DNA of 64,000 bases from Azolla caroliniana (GCA_043228905.1 JBHGNT010000008.1:5952001-6016000), one strand, 5' to 3'; shown: positions 11,881-26,054, counted from the stretch's first letter. Numbers and translations: made by a program. The notes: generated by a model from the letters alone, not told the origin.

Positions 11881-13242
11881 AGTGTCGGAGACCAGCTATT
11901 GAGCCATGTCTAAGATACCAAGACCCCAAAAGAAGCTTGGGGAAACCTGAAGCAGGCTTTCGCGGTAAGCACTACGGCCTGGAAGCTGCAACTCCGACAG
12001 GACTTGAGCAATGTCTGACAGAAGGACATGTCGGTAGCCGATTACACAACCCAAATCAAAGAGATCTGTGACTCACTAGCCTCTATCAACGTCACTGTAG
12101 ACAAAGATGAGATGGAGCAGATATATCTTGGGGGCCTAGTGTCTAAGTTTAGAGCGTTCCGAACGGCGGTATGTACAAGCGAGAATACGCCGTCATTTTT
12201 TGACTTACAATCGATGCTCCTTGTAGAGGAGAACCACGCTGGTGCGTCAACAAGTGCACCCACCGACAGCCGGATGTTGTACACGGAGGCAGGTCAGCCC
12301 ACAATGGTAGCGACCGGCCAGAGCAGGACCGAAAGCACAGAGAACGTGCCAACAACAGTTCCAGACCCTCCACAAGCAGGGGGAGTCAAGGTGGTGCCAG
12401 AGACCGACAAGCAAAGGCCAACACGAACGTGCCAAAAGCAATTCAGGACCCTCCACGAGCAGGGGAGTCAAGGCGGTGCCGGAGGCCGACAAGCAAAGGC
12501 CAACACGGAATGCTGGTATTGTGGTAAAAAGGGCCACAGAGAAAGCGAGTGTTGGAAGAAGCTCACCGATTCGAACAGATCCGGATCCGGCAAGACCGGC
12601 AAAGAGAACCGGCAATACTCGCACTACGCAGAAGGATCGGGAGGATCCAAAACCGGAAAAGCCGGTAAAGGGCCAGCCTTGGTGATCAAACACGAGGCTA
12701 ATTCGATGAAGAAGACCACTTCCAAATCAGAGGAAGTGTGGTACGTTCATTCCGGTGCGTCGAATCACATGACGAGCCACAAAGAGTGGTTCTCTTTCTT
12801 CGAGAAACCGGAACAACCGGGAGTCGTCAAAACCGGAGACGACACTCCTCACCCAATCGTGCATGTCGGAGAAGTCCCTTTGAGCCACATCGAACAGAGG
12901 GGGAAGATGATGAACATATTACACGTTCCGACTATCACGAACAACCTGGTGTCAGTCGATCAGATCGTTGACCAAGGGATGCAGGTGCGGTTTACGCACC
13001 TTGGGTGCTTCATCGAGGAAGAGGGCCAGATTATTGCGCAAGGGCACAGAGATGGGAGGATGTTCATCCTCGACACCAATGACGTCGGCACCACTTTGTT
13101 CACCAAAGGATGGAAGATTGAATCGAATATTGATCTCTGGCACAAGCGGATCGGCCACGTCAATTATCGGAGGGTTCAAGACCTACAAACGAAACAAGTT
13201 GTTTTCGGTTTGCTCAAGTGCAGTGGCCGGAAGGTCCAAATT
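11881..13242 (+). mobile_element. Ty1/copia gag-protease-GAG-pre-integrase region
   Basis: UBN2-like MSVADYTTQIKEICDSL, zinc knuckle CWYCGKKGHRESEC, protease VHSGASNHMT, and LWHKRIGHVN. Confidence 0.9.
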
Positions 13243-15088
13243 TGTGCATGTGCAATGTGTGTGCACACAAAGGCGATTAGTTGTGCATATGCAAAATAAA
13301 AGGGAAAAGAAATGGTGGAAAGGATGTATAGAAGCTCGTGCAAAAAGTAAGAGAGAGTAGAGATAAAAGGTAGAGGGGAGACAGGGTAAGAATTTATAGA
13401 GATAGAATTATATATTATATAAGAGAAAGTTAATGGGCTAGTGGATAGTCACATTGACTTCTAGCTAGAGGTGCACGGTTCAAATCTAGTCTTACAGTGC
13501 AACATGATTTAAGGAATCTGATTCCTTTTCTGCATTAAAGACAAAATTGGCGACCCCCCCCTTTCCTCTGTTTTTTCCTATAAAAGAAAGTCAAGGGGGG
13601 CTCATTCGGGGAGGACGTTTTGGGAGGAGGAGACTATCGTCAATTTTCCTTCGGAGCTCTTCATCTTCTTATTCACCACTTCTCTTCATCTCATACCACT
13701 TCATCCCCCCACCGCTACGTGCTCGTCTTCTTCACATCGGCAATCGAAGTGCTCGTGAGCCCAAGCTTCGTTGGTTCAACGTTGCTCCGCCCCCCCGTTC
13801 GTCGTTGCGAGCCCGTGTGCTCGCTGTTCGGGTGGTCGTGTGTTCATCTTTGCCGTGTTCGGATTTGCTCTTGTCTCTAAGGGCATTTAGTATTTATGTT
13901 TTGATTGAGCTTTTGGTTAACTATAAGTTGCCATTGTAATCAAACCCTATTTTATAAAGGGTCCTCTTGCGTTGGAATCAAACACGTATTTATTTCTTTG
14001 GCCGATATCATTCGTGTTTCTTTCTTTCCTTCTTTTTTTGTTCGTGTCTCCCATGCACCTCTCTTCCTCATAAAGGCATACGAGCATTTTGTGCGTGTGT
14101 TTGTGTCTTCCTTGTATGTTCGATCGTCGTGTGACGAGGGACCGTTTTGGGCTTGCCCATGCACTTCTCTTCCTCATAAAGGCGTACGAGCATTTGTGTG
14201 TGTGTTTGTGTCTTCCTTGTACGTTTGGCCATCTTGTGACGAGGGAGCATTTCGGGCGTGCCCATGCACCTCTCCTCCTCATAAAGACGTACGAGCATTT
14301 GTGCGTGTGTTTGTGTCTTCCTTGTACATTCGGCCGTCTTGTGACCAGGGACCGTTTCAGGCGTGCCCATGCACCTCTCCTCCTCATAAAGACGTACGAG
14401 CATTTGTGCGTGTGTTTGTGTCTTCCTTGTACATTCGGTCGTCTTGTGACCAGGGACCGTTTCAGGCTTGCCCATGCACCTCTCCTCCTCATAAAGGCGT
14501 ACGAGCATTTCGTGCTTGTGTTTGTGTCTTCCTTGTACATTTGGTTGTCTCATGATGCGGGAGCGTTCAAGCTTGCCCATGCACCTCTCCTCCTCATAAA
14601 GGCGTACAAGCATTTTGTGTGTGTGTTTGTGTCTTCCTTGTGCGTTCGGCCGTCTTGTGACGAGGGAGCATTTCGGGCGTGCCCATGCACCCTCCTCCTC
14701 ATAAAGGCGTACGAGCATTTGTGCGTGTGTTTTGTGTCTTCCTCGTACGTTCAACATCTTGTGACGAGGGAGCATTCTGGCGTGCCCATGCACCTTTCCT
14801 CCTCTTAAAGATGTATGGGCATTCGTGTTTGTGTTATCGTCCCCTTGTGCATTCATCTTGCGTGCTCGTCTTGCTTGTACCCGTTTGATCACTTGGCTCG
14901 TGCGGTGATCTCGAAAGGTCGACAAGTCATGATCAAAACAAAGGGCAATGAGACCTTCCTCGGGAAGGGGTCGGGAAATAGTATTGTCGTAAAGCAAACC
15001 TCGGGTCTTCTCTATCCCTTGAGTACTCCCTAGTCGAGGACACCCGTGGTCTCGCCCAAGTAACACGCGTGCGCAAAACTTCGCGACA
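13243..15088 (+). mobile_element. 5'-clipped LTR of the gypsy-type family carrying a 105-bp tandem array
   Basis: 13243-13600 is homologous to 1406-1750. It ends TTCGCGACA at 15088, followed by ACGG. Confidence 0.75.
14050..14830. repeat. Tandem array of a ~105-bp unit, ~7.5 copies
   Basis: cccatgcacctctcctcctcataaaggcgtacgagcatttgtgcgtgtgtttgtgtcttccttgtac... recurs at ~14050, 14156, 14261, 14366, 14471, 14576, 14682 and 14785. Confidence 0.95.
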
Positions 15089-18003
15089 ACGGTTCACACG
15101 CAAGGAATAGGGGAAGAGGAAGATGCCGGAGCACGAGACCAGAAATGGTGAGTCAGATCGGAGCGGATCCGAGTCCGAAAAAGAAGAAGGCGGATCTTCG
15201 ACAACGAAGACCGAACCGGCCAAGAAGGGCCTCAAACCGGGTAATGATAAGTTACGCCAGTCTTCCCATCAGAAGAACCCAGTGAAACGGTACGGGTACA
15301 ATGAGTACAGTGCACATCACTATGCATACATGACCAAGGTGGCAGAAGTGCGTGAGCCGGATAGCTACGCAGAAGCGGCAATGGACGCAAATTGGCGTGC
15401 CGCTATGGAGGAAGAAATGCAGGCACTTGATGCCAATAACATATGGGACCTAGTTGACCCTCCCTGACACTATAAACCGATCGGATGTAAGTGGGTGTAC
15501 AAGGTAAAGTGCAATGCCGACGGTTCGGTTAACCAGTACAAGGCATGGTTAGTGGCGAAGGGATACGCGTAGACCCACGGAATCGACTACGACGAGACCT
15601 TCTCTCCGGTAGCGAAGATGACAACGGTTCATGCGGTGATGGTGGTTGTTGCGGCAAGGGGGTGGCATCTTCACCAGATGGACGTGAAGAATGCATTTCT
15701 TCAAGGCGATCTTGAAGAAGAGGTCTTTATGACCCAACCCCCTGGTTTCCAGTCGGAGATGAACAAGTCGGCGATATGCCGGTTGAAGAAGTCACTTTAT
15801 GGCCTGAAGCAAGCCCCCCGAGCTTTGAATGCGAAGATCGCGCACTAGTTGCGTAAAATGGGGTTTGCGGCCTCCAAGTCCGACTCTTCGTTGTTCATCC
15901 GGCAAGGTCCGGACGGTCCGGTTTGCATCTTGCTATATGTTGATGATCTAGTCATCACCGGACCCAGACTCGATGAAATCAGTCAAGTCAAGTCCCAGCT
16001 GTCGGACGCATTTGAGATGAAGGACCCGGGGGACCTTCACTATTTCCTTGGGATCGAGGTGATTTGAACCCCCGACGGCATATTGCTCTCACAAAGACAC
16101 TATGTGTTGAATATGTTATACAAGTTCGGCATGACGGAATGCAGATCGATCTCCACACCCCTCGACCGGAACCAGAAGCTCCATCTCGACTCCGGACCGG
16201 CGTGTGATGAGAAGCGGTTTCGACAAATCGTTGGAAGCCTTATATATCTGACAATCACCCGACCCGACATCAGTTATCCGGTCGGCGTGATCAGCCAATA
16301 TATGCAGAAGCCAACCGTGGAGCACCTTCTGTGCGCGCATCGAATTTTGCAATATGTGAGCAGCACGAAGGACCGGGGATTGTTATATCGGCATGGTATA
16401 ACCGAAGAGCTAGTCGGCTACACCGATGCCGACTGGGCCGGCGATGCATCGGATCGCCGATCCACCTCCGACTATATGTTTTCCCTTGGTAGCGCGGTTG
16501 TTGCGTGGAGCAGCAAAAATCAGCCAACAGTGGCCCTTTCGAGCACTGAGGCTAAATACCGGGGCACTACCATTGCCACCTGTGAAGCCATTTGGCTTCG
16601 GCGACTACTACAAGACCGGTGGATTGAGGTGCCGACTCCAATCCTGATCTATTGCGACAACATAAGTAGCATGCAGCTCGCCAAGAACCCCATATTCCAT
16701 GCTCGCACAAAGCACATAGAAGTACACTACCACTTCGTGCGTGAGCGTGTCGTGAGCGGTGAAGTCGAACTTCGGTATGTTCATACGGATCGGCAAGTTG
16801 TCGATATCTTCACCAAACCGCTCAGATCGGACAAGTTGCAGCACTTCACCAAAATGCTTGGTGTTCAGCATCTCGACGTACCACACTTGAGGGGGAGAAT
16901 GGGCAAAGACACCGAAACGGGCAAAGGCAAAGAAACTGCCGATTGCGTCTATGAGGGAAGAACCGACAAAGGGAGAACAGGCAAAGACACTGGAATGGGC
17001 AAAGGCAAAGAAACTGCCGATTGCGCCGGTGAGGGAAGAATTGACAAAGGGAGAGACAAGAAGAAGAAAGGAGCCCAGTCGACAAAGGAAGTTGACACAT
17101 CCGGACAAGTCGGAACAAGCGGCAGCGGCGGTAGAGTCAAGAAGGACAGAGCCGACCGGAAGAAGAAGGCCAAGACCTAGACATGGTCTGATGTGGTGAA
17201 GGGCTTGGAACCGGAAGATGAATCAGGAGCGATCAATTCGGACAAGAGCTGGAACGAATCGAAGACAGCCGATTCGGTTCAACAGACGGATTCAGAAGAA
17301 CCAGATCAATTCAAGGCCAAGAGGACGAGAAGGCAGCGAAAGTCGACGCCAACACGAAGGAATCAGCGAATTGGCAAGCGCCAAGTCACAGCAATGAGGG
17401 AGTTGAATTGGGCCTGTTGAGCAGACAAGCTAACCGAGGAGGTCGAGGTGCGCAGAATCAGACGGGTCGCGGCAAATAGGACCGGACCAGACGAGGAGCG
17501 CGAGCGAGGCGGAGTGACCCCAGAAGTAGCCGGGTGGAAGTTCTGGCTGCCATGGAGACTAACACTACGATCCAACCTCAAGTTGAGCTTGAGGGGGAGT
17601 GTTGAGTGGCAAGTTCAACTAGATCCGGATCGGCTGAATAAGCCTGTGCCGGATCGGCATCCGGAAGGATGAGCCGGATCGATGAGCCGGTTAGCCGGAT
17701 CAAGCAGTAACCGGAAGCTTGGTAACAGCCTAGACTACTAGGTAGTTAATGTCTCGTAGTTAGTGTCAAAGGCTCGTCTAAGCATTGAAGTACACTGTAC
17801 TTCTGTCATTCCTCTTAGGACTAGTATAAATAGTATTGTTGAGCACGTTCTATGTATAGAGAATTTTACAGAGTTGTTGATAATAGATTTAAATTGTTCT
17901 GCTCTTTCTCTGTCTCTCCTGCGTACCTTCTGTCTGTTAATCTCTCTCTCTGTTGCTATCCGGCTAAGCCGGTTGTCTAACACTTCCGCACCTTCGTTTT
18001 TAT
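15089..18003 (+). mobile_element. Ty1/copia RT-RNaseH, PPT and 3' LTR (17600-~18003)
   Basis: [36 protein letters not shown] and RTKHIEVHYHFVRE; GAGGGGGAG precedes TGTTG at 17600. Confidence 0.9.
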
Positions 18004-20433
18004 AGGGTTGAATCAAAGACTCAACAAACAGTCGTACTCCAACTTCCCTGCCAACACCGAATCGGCAACAAGTCCTATCGTCAAACTCAAAGACAAAGTC
18101 ATCAAAGACAGAGCCGAATCGACGAAGGTTGATCAAGGCAAAGTCAACAAGGAACAAGTCAGAAAAGAGTCGACAACAATCACAGGGGAGAACAACCAGT
18201 CACCACTGAAATCCCAAACCGGGGGCAGAATACCGAACAAGACTCCTGACTCAACTGGTTCAACAAATACCGATCGACAATCGGAACCAAATATTATGGC
18301 ACCCAAGAGATCTGGACAAGCTCGAAGGCCAATAGAGTTTTATCAACCGGGCCTCGACTACATCAACTACACGGATGCCGGCAAACCAAACACATATGAC
18401 GAAGCTATGGCCGCACCGGACACCGAAACATGGTTGCAAACCATGAAATCCGAAATGGACTTGATTCATCAGAATCAGACATGGGAGCTGGTCGAACTAC
18501 CAGCAGGAAGAAAGCCGCTACCTTACAAATGGGTGTTCTGATACAAGTATGTATCCGACTCAGAGAAACACAAGTACGAAGCTCAGCTTGTCGCGAAAGG
18601 ATTCAAACAGGACTACAGGGTCGACTACGATGAGATATTCTCACCAGTAGTCAAGATGACCACCCTCTGACTCCTACTAGGAGTCATGGTGACAGAAGAT
18701 CTAGAGCTCGAGCATATGGACGTAAAGACAGCATTCCTACACGGAAATCTGGAAGAAGACATATACATGTCTCAACCAGCAAGCTTCACGGTGATGGGGG
18801 AGGATAGTCACCTCATATGCAGACTAAAGAAAAGTCTATATAGCCTCAAACAAGCGTCAAGAATGTGGTACCAGACGTTCGACTCCCACATAAGGCAACT
18901 TGGATACAACAGATCAGACTCCGGCCCATGCATGTATGTTCGGCAACTGGTCGACAAGTTCAAGATCTATCTGATCCTTTATGTCGACGACATGTTGATT
19001 GCAGGGAGCAATCAAGCAAAGATCGGAAAGCTCAACCAGATCATTCACACAAAATTCGCGATGAAGGAACTCAAACAAGCCTGACACATACTAGGCATGA
19101 GGATAGAGAGAAATCGGACGACCAGAACTCTCTGAGTCTCCCAGTCCGACTACATCCGCAAGGTGCTAAAGCGCTTCAACATGGAGAACGCGAAGCCAAC
19201 ACCAACACCGCTTTTGACGTCGATCAGACTATTGGACAGAGACTCTCCTGCAAACAACAAGGAGAGAGAGCTTAATGGAAAGATACCCTACGCATCGGCA
19301 GTAGGAAGAATCATGTACGCAATGGTGGCGACCCGACCTGACCTAGCCTACGTTGTAGGGGTGGTCAGCCAGTACATGTCAAACCCAGGAAATAAGCATT
19401 GGGAGGCTGTCAAGCACATCCTGAGGTATCTGAAAGGAACCACGGATGCACAGCTGACATTCGGTTCGATAACATCAACCGAAGTCTAAGGCTACACCGA
19501 TTCCAACTATGCCGGAAACACGGACAATCGGAAATCGACATCAGGATACATATTCACCTATGGTGGTGGTGCAATATCATGGAGGTCGAAACTTCAGGAC
19601 TGCACGGCTCTATCTACCATAGAAGCCGAGTACATAGCAGCATCGGAAGCAGCGAAAGAAGCGATCTGGTTGCACCAATTGATTGCCGACTTCGGAACTG
19701 CAAACCGAATAGACTGACTAGCGCCGACCATCTATTGCGACTCATAGAGCGCAATACACCTCATCAACAACCCCTTCTACCATGCGAAGATGAAGCACAT
19801 TGAGGTGCGGTATCATCATATCCGGGAGCTCGTGACTGAGAAGAAACTCGAAGTCCGGAAGATCAACACCGAGGTGAACATCGTCGATTGCCTGACAAAA
19901 CCACTCCCAGATCAACGCTTTGAAACGCTAAGGACAAAGATGGGGCTATGACAAGCGACCGAGCAAAAGAAAGAAGAATGAGGAGCAGAAGGTAAGAGCT
20001 AACCGACACTCACACTATACCTCTGCCGACTCGGCTACTTGCCGACAGACTTGTAACATAAGATCTAGTTAAATTTGTAATCTAGGTTTACGAGGGAGAT
20101 AACCCCAAGCGCTTGTACATGCAAGAAAGAGTAGTCCTTTTACGGGGGAGTTTGTTGGCATAAAAGGCCGACTCCTTCCAAGTTGTATCCGTCCGAGTGT
20201 GAACTCGTTAATAAGTTAGGGCTTAGTATATAAGCGAATACCACATTGTAATGAGTGACGAGCAAAAGATTTTAATCTCTGAGAGAGAGAAACACGTTGT
20301 GCAGAAATAAGAAGCTTTCCATCAAAGCTTGCAACTGTGTAAGTCTAAATCTGCCTTCTCTATCTTCTGTGTGTATGTTGTTTGTTGTTGATAGCCATAA
20401 GATCCGAACACACACTTCCGCATAATTGTGACA
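18004..20433 (+). mobile_element. Second copia family: RT-RNaseH, PPT and 3' LTR (20153-20433)
   Basis: MDVKTAFLHG, YVDDML and PYASAVG...RPDLAY; PPT ACGGGGGAG then TGTTGG...GTGACA. Confidence 0.9.
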
Positions 20434-22049
20434 TTCTCTCATAGACTCTATCTTCTCTCAGCAGAACTAGCATAGAACAGTTGGTAAGAAGGTATCCTTC
20501 GAAGACGATAGAGTTGTCATAGAAGAACTGACCCATCAAGCCGAATCAGAGATTCGACAAACAGTCGAACTCGAACAAGCCGACAACATACCTACTGACT
20601 CTGAATCGATAGGAAGTCTACTAGTCGAACTCGAAGACGAAGCCATCAATGACAAAGCCGATTCGACAAGAATCAAAGCTGGCAAAGTCAACAAGATGTG
20701 AGTAGGAAACAGAACCTAGTCGACAAAGTCCATAGGGGAGAACAACGTGACACCACCGAAATCCCGACTTGGGGGAGGGTCACCTAACAAGACTCTTGAC
20801 ACAAATGGTTCAACAAATACCGATCACCCAAATGAGTCGATCGAAGAATCCGAACCACTTATCTCGGCACCCAGGAGATCTGGTCGAGCTCGAAGGCTAA
20901 CAGAGTTTTTTCAACCAGTCCTCGACTATGTCAACTACATCGATGCAGGCGAAGCAAGCACTTATGAAGAAGTTATGGCCGCAATGGACTTCGACACATG
21001 TCTGCAAGCCATGAAATCCGAAATGGATTCGATTCACAAGAATCAGACATGGGAGTTGGTGGAACTACCAGTTGGAAGGAAACTGCTACATTGTAGATGG
21101 GTTTTCCGATACAAATATGTATCCAACTCAGAAAAACCCAAGTACAAAGCTTGGCTCTTCGCGAAGGGATTCAAACAAGAATATAGGGTCGACTACAACA
21201 AGATATTCTCACCAATAGTCAAGATGACCACCCTTCAATTCTTACAAGGAGTTGTAGCGACAGAAGACCTAGAGCTAGAGTAGTTGGATGTAAAGATGGC
21301 ATTCTTACACGGAGATCTGGAAGAAGACATCTACAAGTCTCAACCGGCAGGCTTCACATCGACAAGGGAGGACAATCACCTCATATGTCGGTTAAAGAAA
21401 AGCCTATATGGCTTGAAACAAGCGTCGAGGATGTGGTACCAGAAGTTTGACTCCTACATCAGGAAACTTGGATACCACTGATCCGACTCCGACCCATGCA
21501 TGTATATTCGGCAACTGGCCGACGAGTCTAGGATTTATCTGATCCTGTATGTTGACGACATGCTGATTGCAGGAAGCAATCAAGCAGAGCTTGGAAAGCT
21601 GAAGCGGAGCCTTCACGACAAGTTCGAGATGAAGGAACTCGAACAAGCCCGTCACATACTGGGCATGAGGATAGAGCGAAATCAGACGACAAAGACTCTC
21701 CGACTCTCCCAGTCCGACTATATCCGGAAGGTGCTGAAGCGCTTCAATATGGAGAATGTGAAGCCAGCACCAACACCGCTTCTGACGTCGATCAGACTAT
21801 CAGAAAGAGACTCTCCTGCGATGGACAAGGCCCAGGGGCTTCATTGTCAAAACTTGTATGATAGCACGTGAGTTCATCAAAAGGGGTTTAAATTAATCAA
21901 TGAGATACAGAATATATATATATAAGGGTATTAATAAAGATTTGAAAATATATTTACATAAGGGTATTATCAATTATGCTAGAATTTTTTTTACATAAGC
22001 CCATGAAATATTAGATATTTCAATGAGATAGTAAAGAACATATTATGCA

Positions 22050-25000
22050 AACAATACTCAAATTTGGAGTAGCATACATACATATACATGCATGCATCCA
22101 TATATACCTACATTCAAACATTACATCCATAAATATGTATATATATACATTACACCCATTTATACATGCATTTTGATTAAACATAAATATAGTTACAAAT
22201 ATATATTACCATATATAAATATGTAGATACATACATACAATATATACTACATAGATATTAGAATCAGCCATATATATTGGCATACACATATACATAATAC
22301 ATACATAAAATTAATATTACATATTTACATACACATTCTTACAAACATATTTTATATATTACATACATAGATTGACATATTCGCATTCGTGGGGTTTCCC
22401 ATTCGAATGCAAACGAATACGAATACGAATGGGTAGTCAAGTATTTGTTTAACCCCCCACCTCCCATTTATACATGCAAATTGACTAAATATATGTACAA
22501 ATATATATTACTATATATAAATATGTACATACACATACATACATGCATTACATACTACATACATATTAGAATCAACCATATATATATTAACATACATATA
22601 TACATAATACATACAAAAAAATAAATTACATATTATATATATACACATACACATACATATTAATACCTAATATTACATACTATATGTATACAAATCTTCA
22701 TACTTACAAACAAGTTACATATATGTACTACATATATTTACACGCGCACGCACACATAAATAAATTAGATATTACATAGCATATAATCCATACCAATTAC
22801 ACAATATACAAATTTACACACACATACATACATAAATTACACATATACATATATAGATAAATACATAGATATATTACATATGTACATACATATTCCACAT
22901 ATCACCATATATATAGATGATATAGGACCATACAAACCACAATACTTACATATATACACACACACACACATTAGATATATGTATGCTTACACATACATTG
23001 GATATATACATGCATATTACATACATACTACAAACATACATCCATATATGAGCCATATACATACTAAACATGAAAATATCCCAAAAATATACATACATAA
23101 ATACATTACATATATATACATACATAAATACATTACATATATATACATACATAAATACATTACATGTATATGTACACATACAAACATTCATACATTTGCA
23201 TACATATCACTGCACCACACACACATATACATACACATACATACATTAGATATATACATACATATTATGCACATATTACAAACACATTCATACTCATTGA
23301 ATCATGTATATTGATATATACATATATGCATACATATGTACATACATATTCCACATATCCCCATATATATACGTACATATGCCTACAATGTTATAAGTTT
23401 TACAAATATACATCCATACACATATATGCATACATTACATATATGCATACACAAATACGTTACATACATACATTACATATATACATACATATCATCACAA
23501 ACTACATACACATACATAAATATATACATACACATACGTACATATATACATACACATACATAAATATTACGAACAAACATCCACACACTCATGTATGCAT
23601 ATATGCATACACTGTTACACATACAAACATACATACATTACATATATACACATATGTACATTCATACATGTGCATAGATACATTGCATATTCATAGATTA
23701 TAATCACACATTCATATACATTGAGTCATGTACATTGACATATGCATACATACATACATACGTACGTACGTACGTACATTACATTACATATGCATACACA
23801 TATGTACATTCATACATGGACATACCTATAGGCTATATTCATTTATACATTGCTACATATAAATACATTATATATATACATAAATTAAATATTACAATCA
23901 CACATCCATACACTCCGAATCATATGCATTGACATATGGATATATGCATACACATACATGCATACATTACATATGCATGCACATATGTACATTCGTACAT
24001 GAACATACATATATTCATTCACACATTGCTACACGTATATACGTACATATGCCTACCATGATACACATATAAATTTTACAAACATACATCCATACACATA
24101 CATACATTTATACATTACATGCATAACATACATACATATATTCATTCATACATTGCTACCCATAATATGTACATATGCCTACAATAATACACATATAAAT
24201 TTTACAAACATACATCCATACACATCCATACATTTATACAGTACATACACAACATACATACATATATTACATACATACATTACATATGTGCATACATATT
24301 CCACATGTCACCATATATATAGGTCATACAGGGTCATACAAACTACAATATGTACATAGATTCACATGCAATTCAATACATACACACATCCCATATATAC
24401 AATTAATACAATACAATATGTACATACAAATGCATACATAACACATACATATATATGCATGCAATACAATACATATGCACATATATAGAACATACACACG
24501 CACATAACACATATACATGTCATACGCACACATGTTGTACATACAATAGCCCACGTATAGAACATATTCACACACACACCCATATAACACATACATACAC
24601 ATGCAATACAATGCACACATATGCATATACATAGAACATATGCATATACATAGAACATACACACAAACACATAACACATACCCTACATACTCACATGCCA
24701 GACACACAATACATACAATACAATATATACACACATGCCATATATACAATATAATACAATACAATATGTAGATACATACATATATACACATGCACATATA
24801 ATACATACACATCACACACACACATAACATATATATACATGTACATACACACATGCCATACATATAATACATACAATACACACATATGCATATATATAGA
24901 ACATTCCACATACACACACATAATATCACATACTTACATATGCACATGCCATACATACAACACATGGAATACAATACATGCATATATGCACATGTATAGA

Positions 25001-25100
25001 TCACGCGAGAGGGCACACACATACACACAAAGAATATACATATCCACAACCATAAACACACACACGTGTATAGAACATACATACATAAACATGCTACAAC
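22050..25100. repeat. Long degenerate (TA/CA/TACA)n low-complexity tract
   Basis: About 3 kb of atac/atat/acac-type simple repeats with local duplications (e.g. 22150-22330 vs 22460-22630). Confidence 0.95.
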
Positions 25101-25334
25101 ACTTTTTTTAAAACACTAATTGGTTTAAAAAATGGGGCAAGAAAAGGGGGGAGATTACATATGTTTGTGTTTTAGGAAACAAGTGGGGGGGAAAAGAAAG
25201 GCGGAGTGAGAGAGACAGAGAAAAAGGGGGTATGGGGTAAAAGAGAGTGTGAGAGAGCGCTAAATCTAAAGGAAGGGGATTGCAAGAACAAGAAAACAGA
25301 AAGAAACAAAGTAAAGGTATTGGAGCTCGTGGCT

Positions 25335-26054
25335 ATGGCGGCACATCTCTCTCCTTCCCCCTCCTCTTCTGACCAATTGCAAAATCAAAAAGATCCCCTA
25401 GCATTACCGCTCATAGAAATTATTTCTCGTCCTCCTCCTTCACGGCTTCGTTGAGACATCACACAACTAGGTCTTCAAGTATTGATAAAAAACTACCATC
25501 TTAGGTCAGTCTTCTCCCTCTCTTCCATGGTCTCGTATCAGTAAGAAATGGTTTATGGTTAAAGGACAGAGGAAGGAGAGCATAGATGATCACCAACACA
25601 ATCAGAGCATTTTCAAGGAATGGAGGTTTGAATGGTGGCCGTACACTTGCCATTGAAGAGTGTTATCAACAATAGGATATTTCCTTCCAATTCTCAATGG
25701 GGTGCAATATGACAGTTTCCTCCTCTGTCTCTACTCGAGCATCCCATATGCAAATTTTGTGGTTTTTTTCACAATTTACCTTGCTCTTGTCAAAAATCCC
25801 AGCTTTCCAAGGTATGTTAGGTTCAATGCAATGCAAGCATGTGTCTTGGATGTTCTTATTGTTATCCCTCTCATCGTTTAGAGGATCCTCATCCCAAAGA
25901 GTGGATTCGGTTTTGATCTTCTCATCTTGTTCTACTATGTTGTCTTTGTTTCGCTTCTTCTGACTATATGGTTTTTAGAATTGTTTATTGCATTCTCGGA
26001 AAAATTCTTCGCATTCCTTTTGTGGCCGATGTTGTGGATAACCAACTCTTCTAA
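25335..26054 (+). pseudogene. TIC20: TIC20-family (Tic20-II/V-like) chloroplast translocon pseudogene, captured inside the DNA transposon
   Basis: ...VLSTIGYFLPILNGVQY...IPYANFVVFFTIYLALVKNPSFPRYVRFNAMQACVLDVL...LGKILRIPFVADVVDNQLF*, with stops and frameshifts. A Ser/Pro-rich N-terminus from ATG 25335 may be the transit peptide. Confidence 0.85.

Noticed and set aside
13905-15066. Several 200-330-aa repetitive ORFs on both strands
   Set aside because: By-product of a 105-bp (multiple of 3) tandem array inside an LTR; open in many frames.
22880-25111. Long His/Tyr/Ile/Thr- or Met/Cys/Val-rich ORFs
   Set aside because: Translations of TA/CA simple repeats; no coding signal.
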